Of a stretch of DNA of 32,000 bases, positions 1-9,658 are shown in pieces (the stretch's first letter is position 1; the number at the start of each line of letters is the position of its first letter). Location of the stretch: positions 18,458-50,457 of the forward strand of contig NZ_FUWK01000014.1 of NCBI RefSeq assembly GCF_900167395.1, in the 5' to 3' direction. Both the position numbers and the translations under genes were made by a program. This DNA comes from Nitrosomonas europaea (GTDB lineage Bacteria; Pseudomonadota; Gammaproteobacteria; Burkholderiales; Nitrosomonadaceae). The notes below the pieces were generated by a model. The model saw only the letters and a program-made list of their open reading frames with translations, had not been told where the DNA came from and ran no database searches.

Positions 1-1182
1 GTCGGGTTGCTTGTATGGTTCTGCTGGTCGCTGCCAGTGAGTGCAGAAACTGGCCAGCCCGGGTTTCCAATACAAGAAATCACCGTTCCGGCCAGTGAAG
101 AGAGTAAGCAGCATCATTTGGCGAAAACGGATGACGGCCGCCTGATCCTCAGCTGGGTCGAAAGCGACGGGCAAAACAGCACGGTCCGTTTCGCCATTCG
201 CGAGGGGCAGGGCTGGTCGCCTGTACGTACCGTGACCTCAGTCGACGGCAAGCTGGGTGACCCGCCCGTTGTATTCGGTCTCGACGATGGCAGTCTGGCG
301 GCTGCCTGGATGCCCTATGCCAAAGGCGGAAAAAGCAAATATGCGGCAGACATTTTCCTGGCTCGTTCGCAGGATGGTGGCTTGACGTGGAGCAAGGCGT
401 TCAAACCTTATGGTGAATCGGCACGTATCTACGATGCGCAAATGTCGCTGACGGCGTTGCCAAATGCCCGTATCGCGCTGGTCTGGACCGATATGCGCGA
501 GACAGGTGATCCCGGGAAAAACGATCGCTATCAACTGATGGCCACTGTGCTTGCGAAGGGGCAACAATCGGCAGGCACGGAGCTGAGGCTGGATGATGAT
601 ATTTGCTCCTGTTGCCGTGCATCTACCACTGCTGAAGGAGAGAGCCTGTTAACGGTTTACCGCGATCATAGCCAGGGCGAAATACGTGATACCGGCGCTG
701 TGCGCTGGGATACAGACGGCAAGGTGCAAGCACTCTCTGCCCCGGGTGATGGCTGGCGTATCGAAGGTTGCCCAAGCAATGGCCCGGCGGTTGATATGTC
801 CGCTTCGTCGGTAGCCTTAGCCTGGTTTTCCGCTGCTGACGATAAAGGCCGTTTCAAAGTTGCTTTTTCCACAGACGGTGGTAAAGGTTTCACTAAACCG
901 TTCGAAGTCGATGACGATGCCAGAGGTTATGTCAACGTAGCGTTGCTGAGCACCAATGTTGCGCTGGTCAGCTGGCGCAAGAGAGCGGGGCCGGAAGATG
1001 AACTTCGTATTGCGAAAGTGACAACGGATGGTATCAGCCGGCAAACCGCTATTTATCAGGGAGATTTTCCGGGTTGGCCCAGTAAATATCCGGGCATGAT
1101 AGTCCTCGATCACCAGGCTTTCGTTGCCTGGACTGATCCGATAAAGAAAAAAGTGCGCCTTGTCGCGGTAACGCTTGATTAG
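1..1182 (+). CDS. BNR/Asp-box repeat, sialidase-fold exported protein (5' end probably outside the window)
   Basis: The frame is open from base 1; the ORF track starts it at a TTG at 7. The first residues (LVWFCWSLPVSAETG) look like the tail of a signal peptide. Two Asp-box-like motifs are present (SQDGGLTWSK, STDGGKGFTK), with a repeated beta-strand pattern typical of BNR propellers. Confidence 0.6.
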   Translation, partial: VGLLVWFCWSLPVSAETGQPGFPIQEITVPASEESKQHHLAKTDDGRLILSWVESDGQNSTVRFAIREGQGWSPVRTVTSVDGKLGDPPVVFGLDDGSLAAAWMPYAKGGKSKYAADIFLARSQDGGLTWSKAFKPYGESARIYDAQMSLTALPNARIALVWTDMRETGDPGKNDRYQLMATVLAKGQQSAGTELRLDDDICSCCRASTTAEGESLLTVYRDHSQGEIRDTGAVRWDTDGKVQALSAPGDGWRIEGCPSNGPAVDMSASSVALAWFSAADDKGRFKVAFSTDGGKGFTKPFEVDDDARGYVNVALLSTNVALVSWRKRAGPEDELRIAKVTTDGISRQTAIYQGDFPGWPSKYPGMIVLDHQAFVAWTDPIKKKVRLVAVTLD

Positions 1183-1406
1183 CATGGCAGGCTGGGGTTC
1201 GCACGCTCATCCCAATCTATATTTTTTATGATGCGGCCCCTGGCCGCTGCAGCCTTTTTCAGTGTTTCTTTGCGTATCCGCCTGCCTGCTTCGATCTGGG
1301 TATAGCCAGCTTGTGTGATACCCATGTGGCTGACCATTTCTCTCCGAGTCGCTCCATATCGCAGCGCGGCTCGTGATGACAATGAGCTGTGTGCCATTTC
1401 CCTCAT
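1179..1406 (-). CDS. small helix-turn-helix (XRE-like) DNA-binding protein, possible local regulator or antitoxin-like fragment
   Basis: 75-aa ORF with an HTH-like segment (RREMVSHMGITQAGYTQIEAGRR). It is divergent from the PepSY-RND operon and overlaps the convergent BNR gene end by 4 nt. It is short and I recognise no strong RBS. Confidence 0.4.
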   Translation of the reverse strand: MREMAHSSLSSRAALRYGATRREMVSHMGITQAGYTQIEAGRRIRKETLKKAAAARGRIIKNIDWDERANPSLPC

Positions 1407-1610
1407 GATTCAAAAATCAGCTACCCGATTTTTGGGCTCGCGTGTCATGGTTAATAGGAACACATTTTCTGTTCAGTGACGGGAGGTTCCTGTGACTGCA
1501 GGAACAGAAGCACTCAGCCTGCAATCAGGCTGTCAGGCCGTGTTTCTGAAATTTATTACAACCATGTCCGGTTTCAGCTGACTCAAACGTCTTATATAGA
1601 GAAGAGATCG

Positions 1611-2933
1611 ATGAAGACTTCAATGATGCTTTTATTCCGTAATCCGTTTTCAGGGCTTAGAAAAATGGTACCGACACGTTCTTTTTGGGTTTGGCTGCAC
1701 CGCTGGGCTGGGCTGATCATGGCCGCTTTTCTGATCATCGTGGGGGCGACGGGCAGTCTGCTGGCGTTCTACCCCGAACTGGAACGCCTGATCAATCCCC
1801 ATATTTACCCCAGGCAAGTTCTGGAGAAAAAACTGGATATGGCGACGCTTGCGGAACTGGCGGAGCAGCGGGTGCCTGCCGGCAGAGTGAATGGGGTGTT
1901 GATGGAGGCCAATCAGGAAGCTACTCTGATCTCCATGGATGCCCGTCCGGATAATGCCGATCCACCGAACAAGCTTGGATTTGATCAGATGATCGTCGAT
2001 CCGTATACCGGTGAAGAGCTGGCTCGCCGCCAGTTTGGCGAGATTTCGGAAGGCATGATCAATTTCATGCCCTTCATTTACAAACTGCATTATGCGCTGG
2101 CGCTAGGCAAGTTCGGGGTATGGGTATTGGGGATTTGTGCTCTGATCTGGACGATCGATTGTTTCGTCGCGTTTTATCTGACCCTGCCGCAGCGACGCAG
2201 ATCCGTGACCGCACCCGCATCCGGTAATCATGGCAACTGGTGGCGGCGCTGGCAGCCGGCCTGGAAGATTCGCTGGCACTCGGGCAGCTACAAGCTCAAT
2301 TTCGATCTGCACCGTGCCAGCGGATTATGGCTATGGCCGGTTCTGCTCATTTTTGCCTGGTCCAGCGTCTACATGAATTTATGGGATACGGTCTATACCT
2401 GGACAACCCGGGCAGTGATGGAATACAAGGCGCCCTGGACAGAGTTTTCAAAACGGGAAATTCCTCTGGCGGAGCCTGGGGTGGATTGGCGGCAGGCTCA
2501 GCGCATTGGCGAACAGTTGATGAGTGAGCAGGCGAACAAGCATGGTTTTGCAGTCGAGCAGGTTATTGCCCTGAGACTGGATCGTGGAAACGGTACTTAT
2601 CAGTACATTGTGCGCAGTTCAAAAGAGATCCAGGATCGGCGCGGCAGAACGAGCGTATTTTTTGATGCTGATACGGGTGAACTCAAACTGGCATTGCTGG
2701 CGAGCGGCCAATACAGCGGCAATACCGTGACGAATTGGCTTTTTGCGCTGCACATGGCCAATGTATTTGGATTGCCGTACCGTATTTTTGTCTGTGTGCT
2801 CGGCCTGGTTATTGTCATGCTGTCAGTAACCGGCATCATCATCTGGATCAGGAAACGGGCAGCGCGCCTCAGCCCGAAAAATCATCAGTACGATTCGCGC
2901 TACCTGAGGCCATCGGTACATCGCGATTCATAG
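1611..2933 (+). CDS. PepSY-associated TM-helix protein (PiuB/FoxB-like putative periplasmic ferric-siderophore reductase)
   Basis: Start moved from ORF-track 1476 to ATG 1611 (MKTSMMLLF), which has a purine tract GAGAAGAGA just upstream. It has the N-terminal SFWVWLHRWAGL motif plus a TM helix, a large middle segment and C-terminal helices (NWLFALHMANVFGLPYRIFVCVLGLVIVMLSVTGIIIW). A paralogue lies at 20262-21494. Confidence 0.85.
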   Translation: MKTSMMLLFRNPFSGLRKMVPTRSFWVWLHRWAGLIMAAFLIIVGATGSLLAFYPELERLINPHIYPRQVLEKKLDMATLAELAEQRVPAGRVNGVLMEANQEATLISMDARPDNADPPNKLGFDQMIVDPYTGEELARRQFGEISEGMINFMPFIYKLHYALALGKFGVWVLGICALIWTIDCFVAFYLTLPQRRRSVTAPASGNHGNWWRRWQPAWKIRWHSGSYKLNFDLHRASGLWLWPVLLIFAWSSVYMNLWDTVYTWTTRAVMEYKAPWTEFSKREIPLAEPGVDWRQAQRIGEQLMSEQANKHGFAVEQVIALRLDRGNGTYQYIVRSSKEIQDRRGRTSVFFDADTGELKLALLASGQYSGNTVTNWLFALHMANVFGLPYRIFVCVLGLVIVMLSVTGIIIWIRKRAARLSPKNHQYDSRYLRPSVHRDS

Positions 2934-2948
2934 TCATCCGGAGAGAAA

Positions 2949-4364
2949 ATGCCGATCCGTCTCAAACCGGCTGCGGTGCTTGGCTTTGTGATGTTTGTCA
3001 GCGGCTGTCATACAGCACCGGAACGGCAGGCAAACAGGCTTGATGTTTCTGTACCTTCTGTGTGGAGTGCTTCTGCAAATACTTTTCCTCTTGCCGGGCA
3101 AAAATGGGTGGAATCGTTCGACGATCCGGTGCTGTATTCGCTGGTCGAACAGGCTTTGACCAGCAACTTCGATTTGAAGACAGCAGTGGCACGTGTCGAT
3201 GCCGCTATTGCACAGGCACGTATCGATGGCGCCGCACTCTGGCCTCAGCTCTCATTTGCACCGGGATACCAGTATACGCAGGTGCGCAGTGCCGGTTTTG
3301 GTTCGGCGCAATACAGTGTATTCGAAGCCTTGTTCAATCTGAGCTGGGAAGCGGATATCTGGGGGCGCATCCGTTCATTCAGGGAAGCAGCCCGACAGGA
3401 AGTGGAAGCAACCAACGCTGATTTTCAGGCAGCACGGCTATCGCTTGCTGCACGTGTTGCGCAGAATTATTTTGCATTACTGGAAGCGAAGCTTCAGGCT
3501 CAGGTGGCAGAACAATCTGTTGCGGATCGCGGCACGATTGCCAGTCTGGTACAAGGGCGTTTCGAACGGGGTCTGGTGCGTGCGCTGGAGGTGCGCCTGG
3601 TGTTGACCGATCTGGCCCAAGCCAGATCACAGCTCGCTGCCGCCAGAAACCAGGTGCAGCTTGTAACCCGTCAACTGGAAATTCTGCTGGGAGATTATCC
3701 TGACGGTTCATTGCCTCAAATCGACGATACGGTTACCGCTTTATCCGGTTCAACGATCCGGCAGGCTCTGCCTGTTCCTCCATCACAACTCCCTGCCGGA
3801 CTGCCTGCTGAACTGCTGACCAGACGCCCTGATCTGATCGCCTCATTTGCACGGCTGCGCGCAGCTGATGCACGGCTGGAAAGTACCAGCAAGCTGCTAT
3901 TACCGCGCATTACGCTGACAGCAGCGGGAGGGACACGTGACAGTGCGTTGACCGACCTGATCGATCCACGATCGGTCGTCTGGAATCTGTTTGCCGGAGC
4001 GGTACAACCATTGTTCACCGGTGGGCGTATCCGTGGAAGTATTCAATTGAACGAGGCCTATGTGGAAGAAGCCTTCAACCGGTATCAGGATGTGGCGCTG
4101 AATGCCTTCCGTGAAGTCGAGCAGGCACTGGCAGCAGAAGAATGGTTACGTGCACAGGAAAAAGAATTACGTGAAGCCGTGCAGCAGACTGAAGCCGGTC
4201 AGGAACTGGCGCTGTATTCCTATCGCCAGGGGTTCATCCAGATTCTGACATTGCTGGACAGCTATCGCAGTACGCTGAATGCGCAGAGTGCTCATCTGGC
4301 TGTCAGGCGGCAACTGTTGAACAACCGTGTCAATCTCTATCTTGCTCTTGGGGGCAGTATTTGA
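2949..4364 (+). CDS. RND efflux outer-membrane factor lipoprotein, NodT family
   Basis: Lipobox FVSGC near the N-terminus. The 471-aa protein has two long alpha-helical repeat halves typical of OMF/TolC-like proteins. It starts 15 nt after the PepSY stop, behind a GGAGAG RBS. Confidence 0.9.
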   Translation: MPIRLKPAAVLGFVMFVSGCHTAPERQANRLDVSVPSVWSASANTFPLAGQKWVESFDDPVLYSLVEQALTSNFDLKTAVARVDAAIAQARIDGAALWPQLSFAPGYQYTQVRSAGFGSAQYSVFEALFNLSWEADIWGRIRSFREAARQEVEATNADFQAARLSLAARVAQNYFALLEAKLQAQVAEQSVADRGTIASLVQGRFERGLVRALEVRLVLTDLAQARSQLAAARNQVQLVTRQLEILLGDYPDGSLPQIDDTVTALSGSTIRQALPVPPSQLPAGLPAELLTRRPDLIASFARLRAADARLESTSKLLLPRITLTAAGGTRDSALTDLIDPRSVVWNLFAGAVQPLFTGGRIRGSIQLNEAYVEEAFNRYQDVALNAFREVEQALAAEEWLRAQEKELREAVQQTEAGQELALYSYRQGFIQILTLLDSYRSTLNAQSAHLAVRRQLLNNRVNLYLALGGSI

Positions 4365-4562
4365 GCACCCATGAAAAATGATCTTGAGTACGATAAAAGA
4401 TACGTTATCTATCATTGAGTTACTGATTTTATTGCCGTGGCATGTCCGGTTCTGGCTGGCTAAAACGTCATAGAAGAAAAGGTTCCAAAACTACAACTCC
4501 ATTCAAACTTCTGTTTGATCATCTGCAGTGTTGTTTCCCGGTAAAAGAATAAAAACAAAATT

Positions 4563-5801
4563 GTGAGCTTACGTCGTCAAATCCGGATTGCCACCCTGGT
4601 TTTCCTTATGGGTGGATTGGCAGCCTGGCTGCTCATTCAATTCCCGCCTGAAAATGGCAAACAGGAAGAAACACTGACACCGCCCATTGTTCGGGTTGCT
4701 CAAGTGGAAATGCAATCGAAGCGTTTACATGTCCATTCACAAGGACAGGTCGTCGCGCATACCGAAATCGATCTGGTGACAGAGGTTTCCGGCCGGATCA
4801 TCGATACCTCGCCCGTTTTTGTCAGTGGTGGATATTTCAATAAAGGGGATGTGCTGGTCACCATCGATCCGGCTGATTATGACCTGCGTGTGGCACAGGC
4901 ACAGGCACAAGTCAGGGAGGCACGTCATTTACTGATGCGTGAAGAAGCGGAAGCAGCCCAGGCTCATGATGAATGGAAGCATCTGGGCCAGGGTGATCCC
5001 GGTCCACTCAGCCAGCATATTCCGCAGCTGCAGGAAATGCGTGCGAAACTGGCTGCTGCAGAAGCTGCACTCAAATATGCCAGACAGCTCAGACAACGTA
5101 CCCGGATTCGTGCCCCGTTTGACGGGCGCGTGCGCAACCACAATACCGGTATCGGGCAGTATGTCACGCAGGGTAATGTACTGGGAGTGATCTACAGCAG
5201 CGACTATGCAGAAGTCCGGTTGCCGGTTAGTACCCGGGATCTGGCGTTCATCGATGTACCCGATACATTGGTTGCGGATGAAGAGAATTCAAAGCGAATG
5301 CCGCGGGTGGTACTGGCAGCGGAATACCAGGGAGAAAAACGATTCTGGCAGGGGCGGATCGTACGCAGCGAAGGCGTGATCGATCGAAATACCGGTATGC
5401 TGATGCTGGTTGCGCGGATCCCGGATCCATTTCTGCGGACATCCTCTTCACCGCAATCCGGTGAGGATCGCTTATCCAGGCTGACCAATACCACAGCGCT
5501 GCCAGTTGGTCTGTTCGTCGAAGCCCTGATCCAGGGGCGTCGATTCGACCGGCTGGTGATTCTGCCGACCAGTGTCGTGTTCAAGGATGATCAGGTAGCC
5601 GTTGTCGATCAGCAGGATCGATTGCATCTGCGTACGGTTAAGCTGCTGAAACGTGAACATGAGCAGGCCATCATTCAGGCCGGGCTCACTGCCGGGGAGC
5701 GAGTACTGCTGTCGGGCTTGCTGCAGCCTGTAGAGGGCATGCAGGTTACACCTGAATTGCCGAACACGAATGACCAGGCCAGTGGCGACAGTCATCCATG
5801 A
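4563..5801 (+). CDS. RND efflux periplasmic adaptor (membrane fusion protein, HlyD family)
   Basis: GTG start followed by a single N-terminal anchor (IATLVFLMGGLAAWLLIQF). Lipoyl/hairpin region (GDVLVTIDPADYDLRVAQAQAQVREA ... LAAAEAALKYARQ). Its stop overlaps the RND start (ATGA at 5798-5801). Confidence 0.85.
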   Translation: MSLRRQIRIATLVFLMGGLAAWLLIQFPPENGKQEETLTPPIVRVAQVEMQSKRLHVHSQGQVVAHTEIDLVTEVSGRIIDTSPVFVSGGYFNKGDVLVTIDPADYDLRVAQAQAQVREARHLLMREEAEAAQAHDEWKHLGQGDPGPLSQHIPQLQEMRAKLAAAEAALKYARQLRQRTRIRAPFDGRVRNHNTGIGQYVTQGNVLGVIYSSDYAEVRLPVSTRDLAFIDVPDTLVADEENSKRMPRVVLAAEYQGEKRFWQGRIVRSEGVIDRNTGMLMLVARIPDPFLRTSSSPQSGEDRLSRLTNTTALPVGLFVEALIQGRRFDRLVILPTSVVFKDDQVAVVDQQDRLHLRTVKLLKREHEQAIIQAGLTAGERVLLSGLLQPVEGMQVTPELPNTNDQASGDSHP

Positions 5802-8800
5802 AACTGATCATCTGGTTTGTCAAGAATCCGGTGGCCGCCAATCTGCTGATGATCCTGATCATCGTCGGTGGAATCGTGGGATTGATCACTGCAGACCGTT
5901 ATGTCTATCCGCCGGAGCCGCGTCACCAGCTCCAGATCACTACCATTTACGACGGGGCAGGGCCAGGTGAAGTCGAGCAGGCGATCTGTATCCCGATCGA
6001 ACATGCAGTCCACGATCTGCAGGGAGTCAGGCATCTGCACGCCGAAGCAAAGCAGTCGCTTTGCCGTGTGCTGGTGGAGTTTGATCCGGCTGTCGATGCC
6101 ACCCGGCTGCAGGCGGAAGTTCAGGCACGTCTGGAAGCCGTGACAGTGTTTCCCGAGGATGCAGATAAACCGGTGATCCGTGAATTGAAAACAGGCCCGC
6201 AGGCGATCATTGCCACAGTACGCGGTATGGCTGATCTGCGTACGTTACAGCATTACCGTGATCGATTGCATATTCGGTTGAGCACTCATCCGGATATCGG
6301 TCAAATTCTGCTCTTTCCGGAAATACCGTATGAAGTATCAATCGAGATCACCAGAGAAGATTTACGGCGCTACGGCTTCAGCTTCGATGAAATTGCTGAA
6401 ATGATTCGTGCTGTTTCCGGCAATATCTCAGCAGGGGAATTAAAGAATACCGATGGCAGGTTATTGATCAGAAGCCAGGCACAGGCCATGACGGCAGAGG
6501 ATTTTGCTGCCATCCGCCTGCGATCGGACCGGCAGGGCATGCAACTGAAACTTGGCGATATCGCACATATCACTGAGACCGTACGTGACCAGAGCATGCT
6601 GGTCAGATCGGATGGTCTGCCGGCAATGGAAATCCTGATCTGGCCACGAAACCAGCTGGGGAAAACGGTAGATGCGGTAAATCAGGTCATTACCGCATTT
6701 CACTCCGAACTGCCCGCCGACGTCGAAGTGATTACCTGGGACGACTGGTCCAAGTATTACGATGAGAATATGTCGATGCTGAGAGGCAACGCCATCTCCG
6801 GCTTCATCCTGATATTCGTCGTACTGGCACTGGTTCTGGATATGCGATTGGCGTTATGGGTCAGTGCAGGCATTCTGATTTCGGTTTTCGGTGCCTTCTG
6901 GTGGATACCGATTCTGGGTATTTCCCTGAATGTCTACACCATTACCGCGTTGATTCTGATTCTGAGTGTGGTGGTGGATGATGCCATCATCGTTGGTGAG
7001 CATATCTATCTGCTTCAACAGCGGGGTCAGTCTGGTATATCCGGTGCCATCGGTGGTGTACGCGCGATGGCACCGCTGGTTGTGCCCATGGTATTGACTA
7101 CCGTGATTGCATTTACGCCGGGATTGCTGCTGCCGGGGTTGACCGGACATCTGCTGTACAACATTTCTGCAGTGGCGATCCTGGCGCTGCTGTTTTCCAT
7201 GACGGAAACACTGCTGATTCTGCCTGCCCACCTGGCCGGGCAGAGTCCAAAGGATCCAGACGCTGCAACCGGGATCATGCCTCATTTTCTGAGATATGCG
7301 ATGGCAACGCTCAAGGAGCAGGTGGATAACGGATTGCGCTGGTTGACCGGATGTTATACGCGCGCTTTGCACCTTGCACTGCAGTGGCGTTATATCGTGA
7401 TCGCCGGCTTTACGGCAGCATTACTGCTGATTGCTGCGCTGGTCATATCAGGGCGCATCACCACTGTGCTGGACAGATCGGTGGATGATTACTATCTGGT
7501 GGGCATGCTCAAATTTCCAGCTGGTACCGCATTTGAAGAAGTTGACCGCCAGTTGTTTCGGCTGGGGCATATCGCTCATGAAATCCGGGCTGAGCTGAAT
7601 CAGAAATATTATTGTGATGATTCTGCTGAGAACGGTGACAGTGTTCGTCATGTGCTGATGTTCAGTAATGATAATGTAGCGGTGGTTAACCTTGAAATGG
7701 CTATCGATGACCGTATTCGCGACCAAGTGGACGATATCAAACAGCAGTGGCGGGAACGTTTTGGCCCGTTGCCGGCGGGTACGACGTTGACCCTCCAGAG
7801 TTTCTGGCCACGTGATCTCGGTGTGTCGACAGAGGGGCCACCCAAGGCGATCGAATGGGTACTGACTGCGCCGGATACCGCTGTGCAAAATGCAGCCGGG
7901 GAGATACTGAAGCATAAGCTGGCTGCCTATGCCGGGGTGCACAGTGTCACCAGCTCGATGCAGCCCGGCAAACCTGAGCTGCATCTCGAACTGAAACCTG
8001 CCGCTGCCTTCTACGGCCTGACGATGCGTGACCTGAGTGAACAGGTACGACATGGCTTTTTCGGGCTCGAAGTGCAGCGGTACTATCACGAACACGATGA
8101 AATCCGTGTCATGCTGCGTTTCCCGCAGGAAGACCGGCAAGCACTGGAGCAGCTGCAGAATATGCCGATCAGATTACCTGGCGGGAACAGCGTACCGTTT
8201 GGCACAATTGCCCGGGCGGAATATCAGTCCGGGTTCGCCAGTATTCAACGCACTGATCGGGAACGTATTCAACTGATTGGCGCGGAAGTCTATCAGGATC
8301 AGGTGGATGTCGAATCCATCCTGGCCGATATGCGTGTGCATGTGATCCCGCAACTGAAAGCGCAATTTCCCGGGCTGGACATCAAGCCAGGCGAATCCCG
8401 GCAGAAACAGGAAGAAGTGATGTCGGATCTGTGGCTGTACGGAGTCCTGGCACTGTTTGGAATGTATGCGTTGCTTGCGATCCCGTTGCGTTCCTATGCC
8501 CAGCCATTGATCATCATGCTGACTGTTCCTTTTGGTTTCATCGGAGCAGTGGTCGGTCATTTGCTGTTTCGGATTCCACTTTCACTGGAGTCGTACTTTG
8601 CACTGTTTGCCGTGAGCGGGATTGTCATCAATGACAGTCTGGTTCTGATTGCACAGATCAATAAAAATCTGCAACAGAAAATATCTGTCATAAGAGCTGC
8701 GGTGGCAGCAGGTAAATCACGTTTCCGCGCCATATTGCTGATGAATGTCACGACCCTTGCAGGCTTGTTACCCCAGCTCAGTTCACAGGGTTACGATGCG

Positions 8801-8920
8801 GAAAAAATCATGCCGATGGCTGTCACCATTGCGTTTGGCATGCTCTTCACGTTTTTCGTCACACTGTTTCTGGTACCGGCCGTGTGTGTCGTATTCAACA
8901 AAAATATCCAAAGCGGTTAG
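5798..8920 (+). CDS. RND efflux transporter permease (AcrB/AcrD/AcrF superfamily, not HME-type)
   Basis: 1040 aa with two large periplasmic loops and a 12-TM layout. The TM4 motif is SVVVDDAIIVGEH, which is HAE-like; the heavy-metal DFG-DGA-VEN signature is absent. Confidence 0.93.
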   Translation: MKLIIWFVKNPVAANLLMILIIVGGIVGLITADRYVYPPEPRHQLQITTIYDGAGPGEVEQAICIPIEHAVHDLQGVRHLHAEAKQSLCRVLVEFDPAVDATRLQAEVQARLEAVTVFPEDADKPVIRELKTGPQAIIATVRGMADLRTLQHYRDRLHIRLSTHPDIGQILLFPEIPYEVSIEITREDLRRYGFSFDEIAEMIRAVSGNISAGELKNTDGRLLIRSQAQAMTAEDFAAIRLRSDRQGMQLKLGDIAHITETVRDQSMLVRSDGLPAMEILIWPRNQLGKTVDAVNQVITAFHSELPADVEVITWDDWSKYYDENMSMLRGNAISGFILIFVVLALVLDMRLALWVSAGILISVFGAFWWIPILGISLNVYTITALILILSVVVDDAIIVGEHIYLLQQRGQSGISGAIGGVRAMAPLVVPMVLTTVIAFTPGLLLPGLTGHLLYNISAVAILALLFSMTETLLILPAHLAGQSPKDPDAATGIMPHFLRYAMATLKEQVDNGLRWLTGCYTRALHLALQWRYIVIAGFTAALLLIAALVISGRITTVLDRSVDDYYLVGMLKFPAGTAFEEVDRQLFRLGHIAHEIRAELNQKYYCDDSAENGDSVRHVLMFSNDNVAVVNLEMAIDDRIRDQVDDIKQQWRERFGPLPAGTTLTLQSFWPRDLGVSTEGPPKAIEWVLTAPDTAVQNAAGEILKHKLAAYAGVHSVTSSMQPGKPELHLELKPAAAFYGLTMRDLSEQVRHGFFGLEVQRYYHEHDEIRVMLRFPQEDRQALEQLQNMPIRLPGGNSVPFGTIARAEYQSGFASIQRTDRERIQLIGAEVYQDQVDVESILADMRVHVIPQLKAQFPGLDIKPGESRQKQEEVMSDLWLYGVLALFGMYALLAIPLRSYAQPLIIMLTVPFGFIGAVVGHLLFRIPLSLESYFALFAVSGIVINDSLVLIAQINKNLQQKISVIRAAVAAGKSRFRAILLMNVTTLAGLLPQLSSQGYDAEKIMPMAVTIAFGMLFTFFVTLFLVPAVCVVFNKNIQSG

Positions 8921-9008
8921 GGAGCCCTGAAAGGGCGAATCGATCCGGGCTGCTATTTCCTGCCATGATGAGGTTCCTCAAGCATTTCGTAACCGCCGGA
9001 CTTCCGGG

Positions 9009-9054
9009 TGCGACAATTTGTCACATTTTTCGGTCCGGAGAAAGACAGTATGAT
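9009..9054 (+). promoter_or_regulatory. Palindromic operator plus promoter, site A (upstream of ECF sigma 1)
   Basis: TGCGACAATTTGTCACA at 9009-9025, then TTTTTC at 9026-9031 and a 17-nt spacer. TATGAT at 9049-9054 is 35 nt before the ATG at 9090. Four other sites share this architecture. Confidence 0.6.
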
Positions 9055-9089
9055 GAGCGCAGTTTTTAGCCAGGTATGCCCTACTGTTC

Positions 9090-9590
9090 ATGACAATTAC
9101 CTATTCCGGCGATGAACTGTTTCTTCAACTGCGCGGTGATCTGCTGAATTATCTGTGTCGCAAGCTGAGCAAAGATGAAGCAGCCGATATACTTCAGGAA
9201 ATCTATCTGCGATGGCGCAGGCAGGATATCTCGAGTATCGAAAACCCGCGCGCCTTCCTGTTTACCGTTGCGCTCAATCTGATCCGGGATCAGGCACGCC
9301 GGCAGGCGCATGTGCAAACCTACGCCAATACCATGCAACACCTGTTTCAGGATAAACCTGCGGACTATGATCTGGCACAGCATTGTGACGAACGCAGACA
9401 AATAGAATATCTGCAGCAGGCTCTGGATCAGTTGCCGGAAAATGTACGCCATGCTTTTCTTCTTTTTCGCCTCGATGGTTTGACATTTGCTGAAATCGCA
9501 CTGCAGATGGGTATTTCAAGCAAATCCGTGGCACGCTACATTCAGCACGCCAGCGAGCACTGCCTGACTGCTCTTGCGCAATATCGGTGA
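9090..9590 (+). CDS. ECF sigma factor, FecI group (sigma 1)
   Basis: Region 2 (EAADILQEIYLRWRR, ENPRAFLFTVALNLIRDQARR) and region 4 HTH (LTFAEIALQMGISSKSVARYIQHA). It is followed by a FecR-type gene. Confidence 0.9.
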   Translation: MTITYSGDELFLQLRGDLLNYLCRKLSKDEAADILQEIYLRWRRQDISSIENPRAFLFTVALNLIRDQARRQAHVQTYANTMQHLFQDKPADYDLAQHCDERRQIEYLQQALDQLPENVRHAFLLFRLDGLTFAEIALQMGISSKSVARYIQHASEHCLTALAQYR

Positions 9591-9658
9591 TAATACTCTA
9601 CTGATCATTTCGATCCTGTGAAGTAATCAGCATTTATCAAAATGCTCCGGAGTGCAGT

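Noticed and set aside
2949-8920. Heavy-metal (czcCBA-type) efflux assignment, suggested by the OMF-MFP-RND gene order.
   Set aside because: RND TM4 carries VVDDAIIVGEH rather than the HME DFG-DGA-VEN signature. Gene order alone is not diagnostic.
9009-9025. Calling the 17-bp palindrome a classical Fur box.
   Set aside because: The sequence is GC-containing (TGCGACA...TGTCGCA) and matches the AT-rich 19-bp Fur consensus poorly. The regulator is left unassigned.
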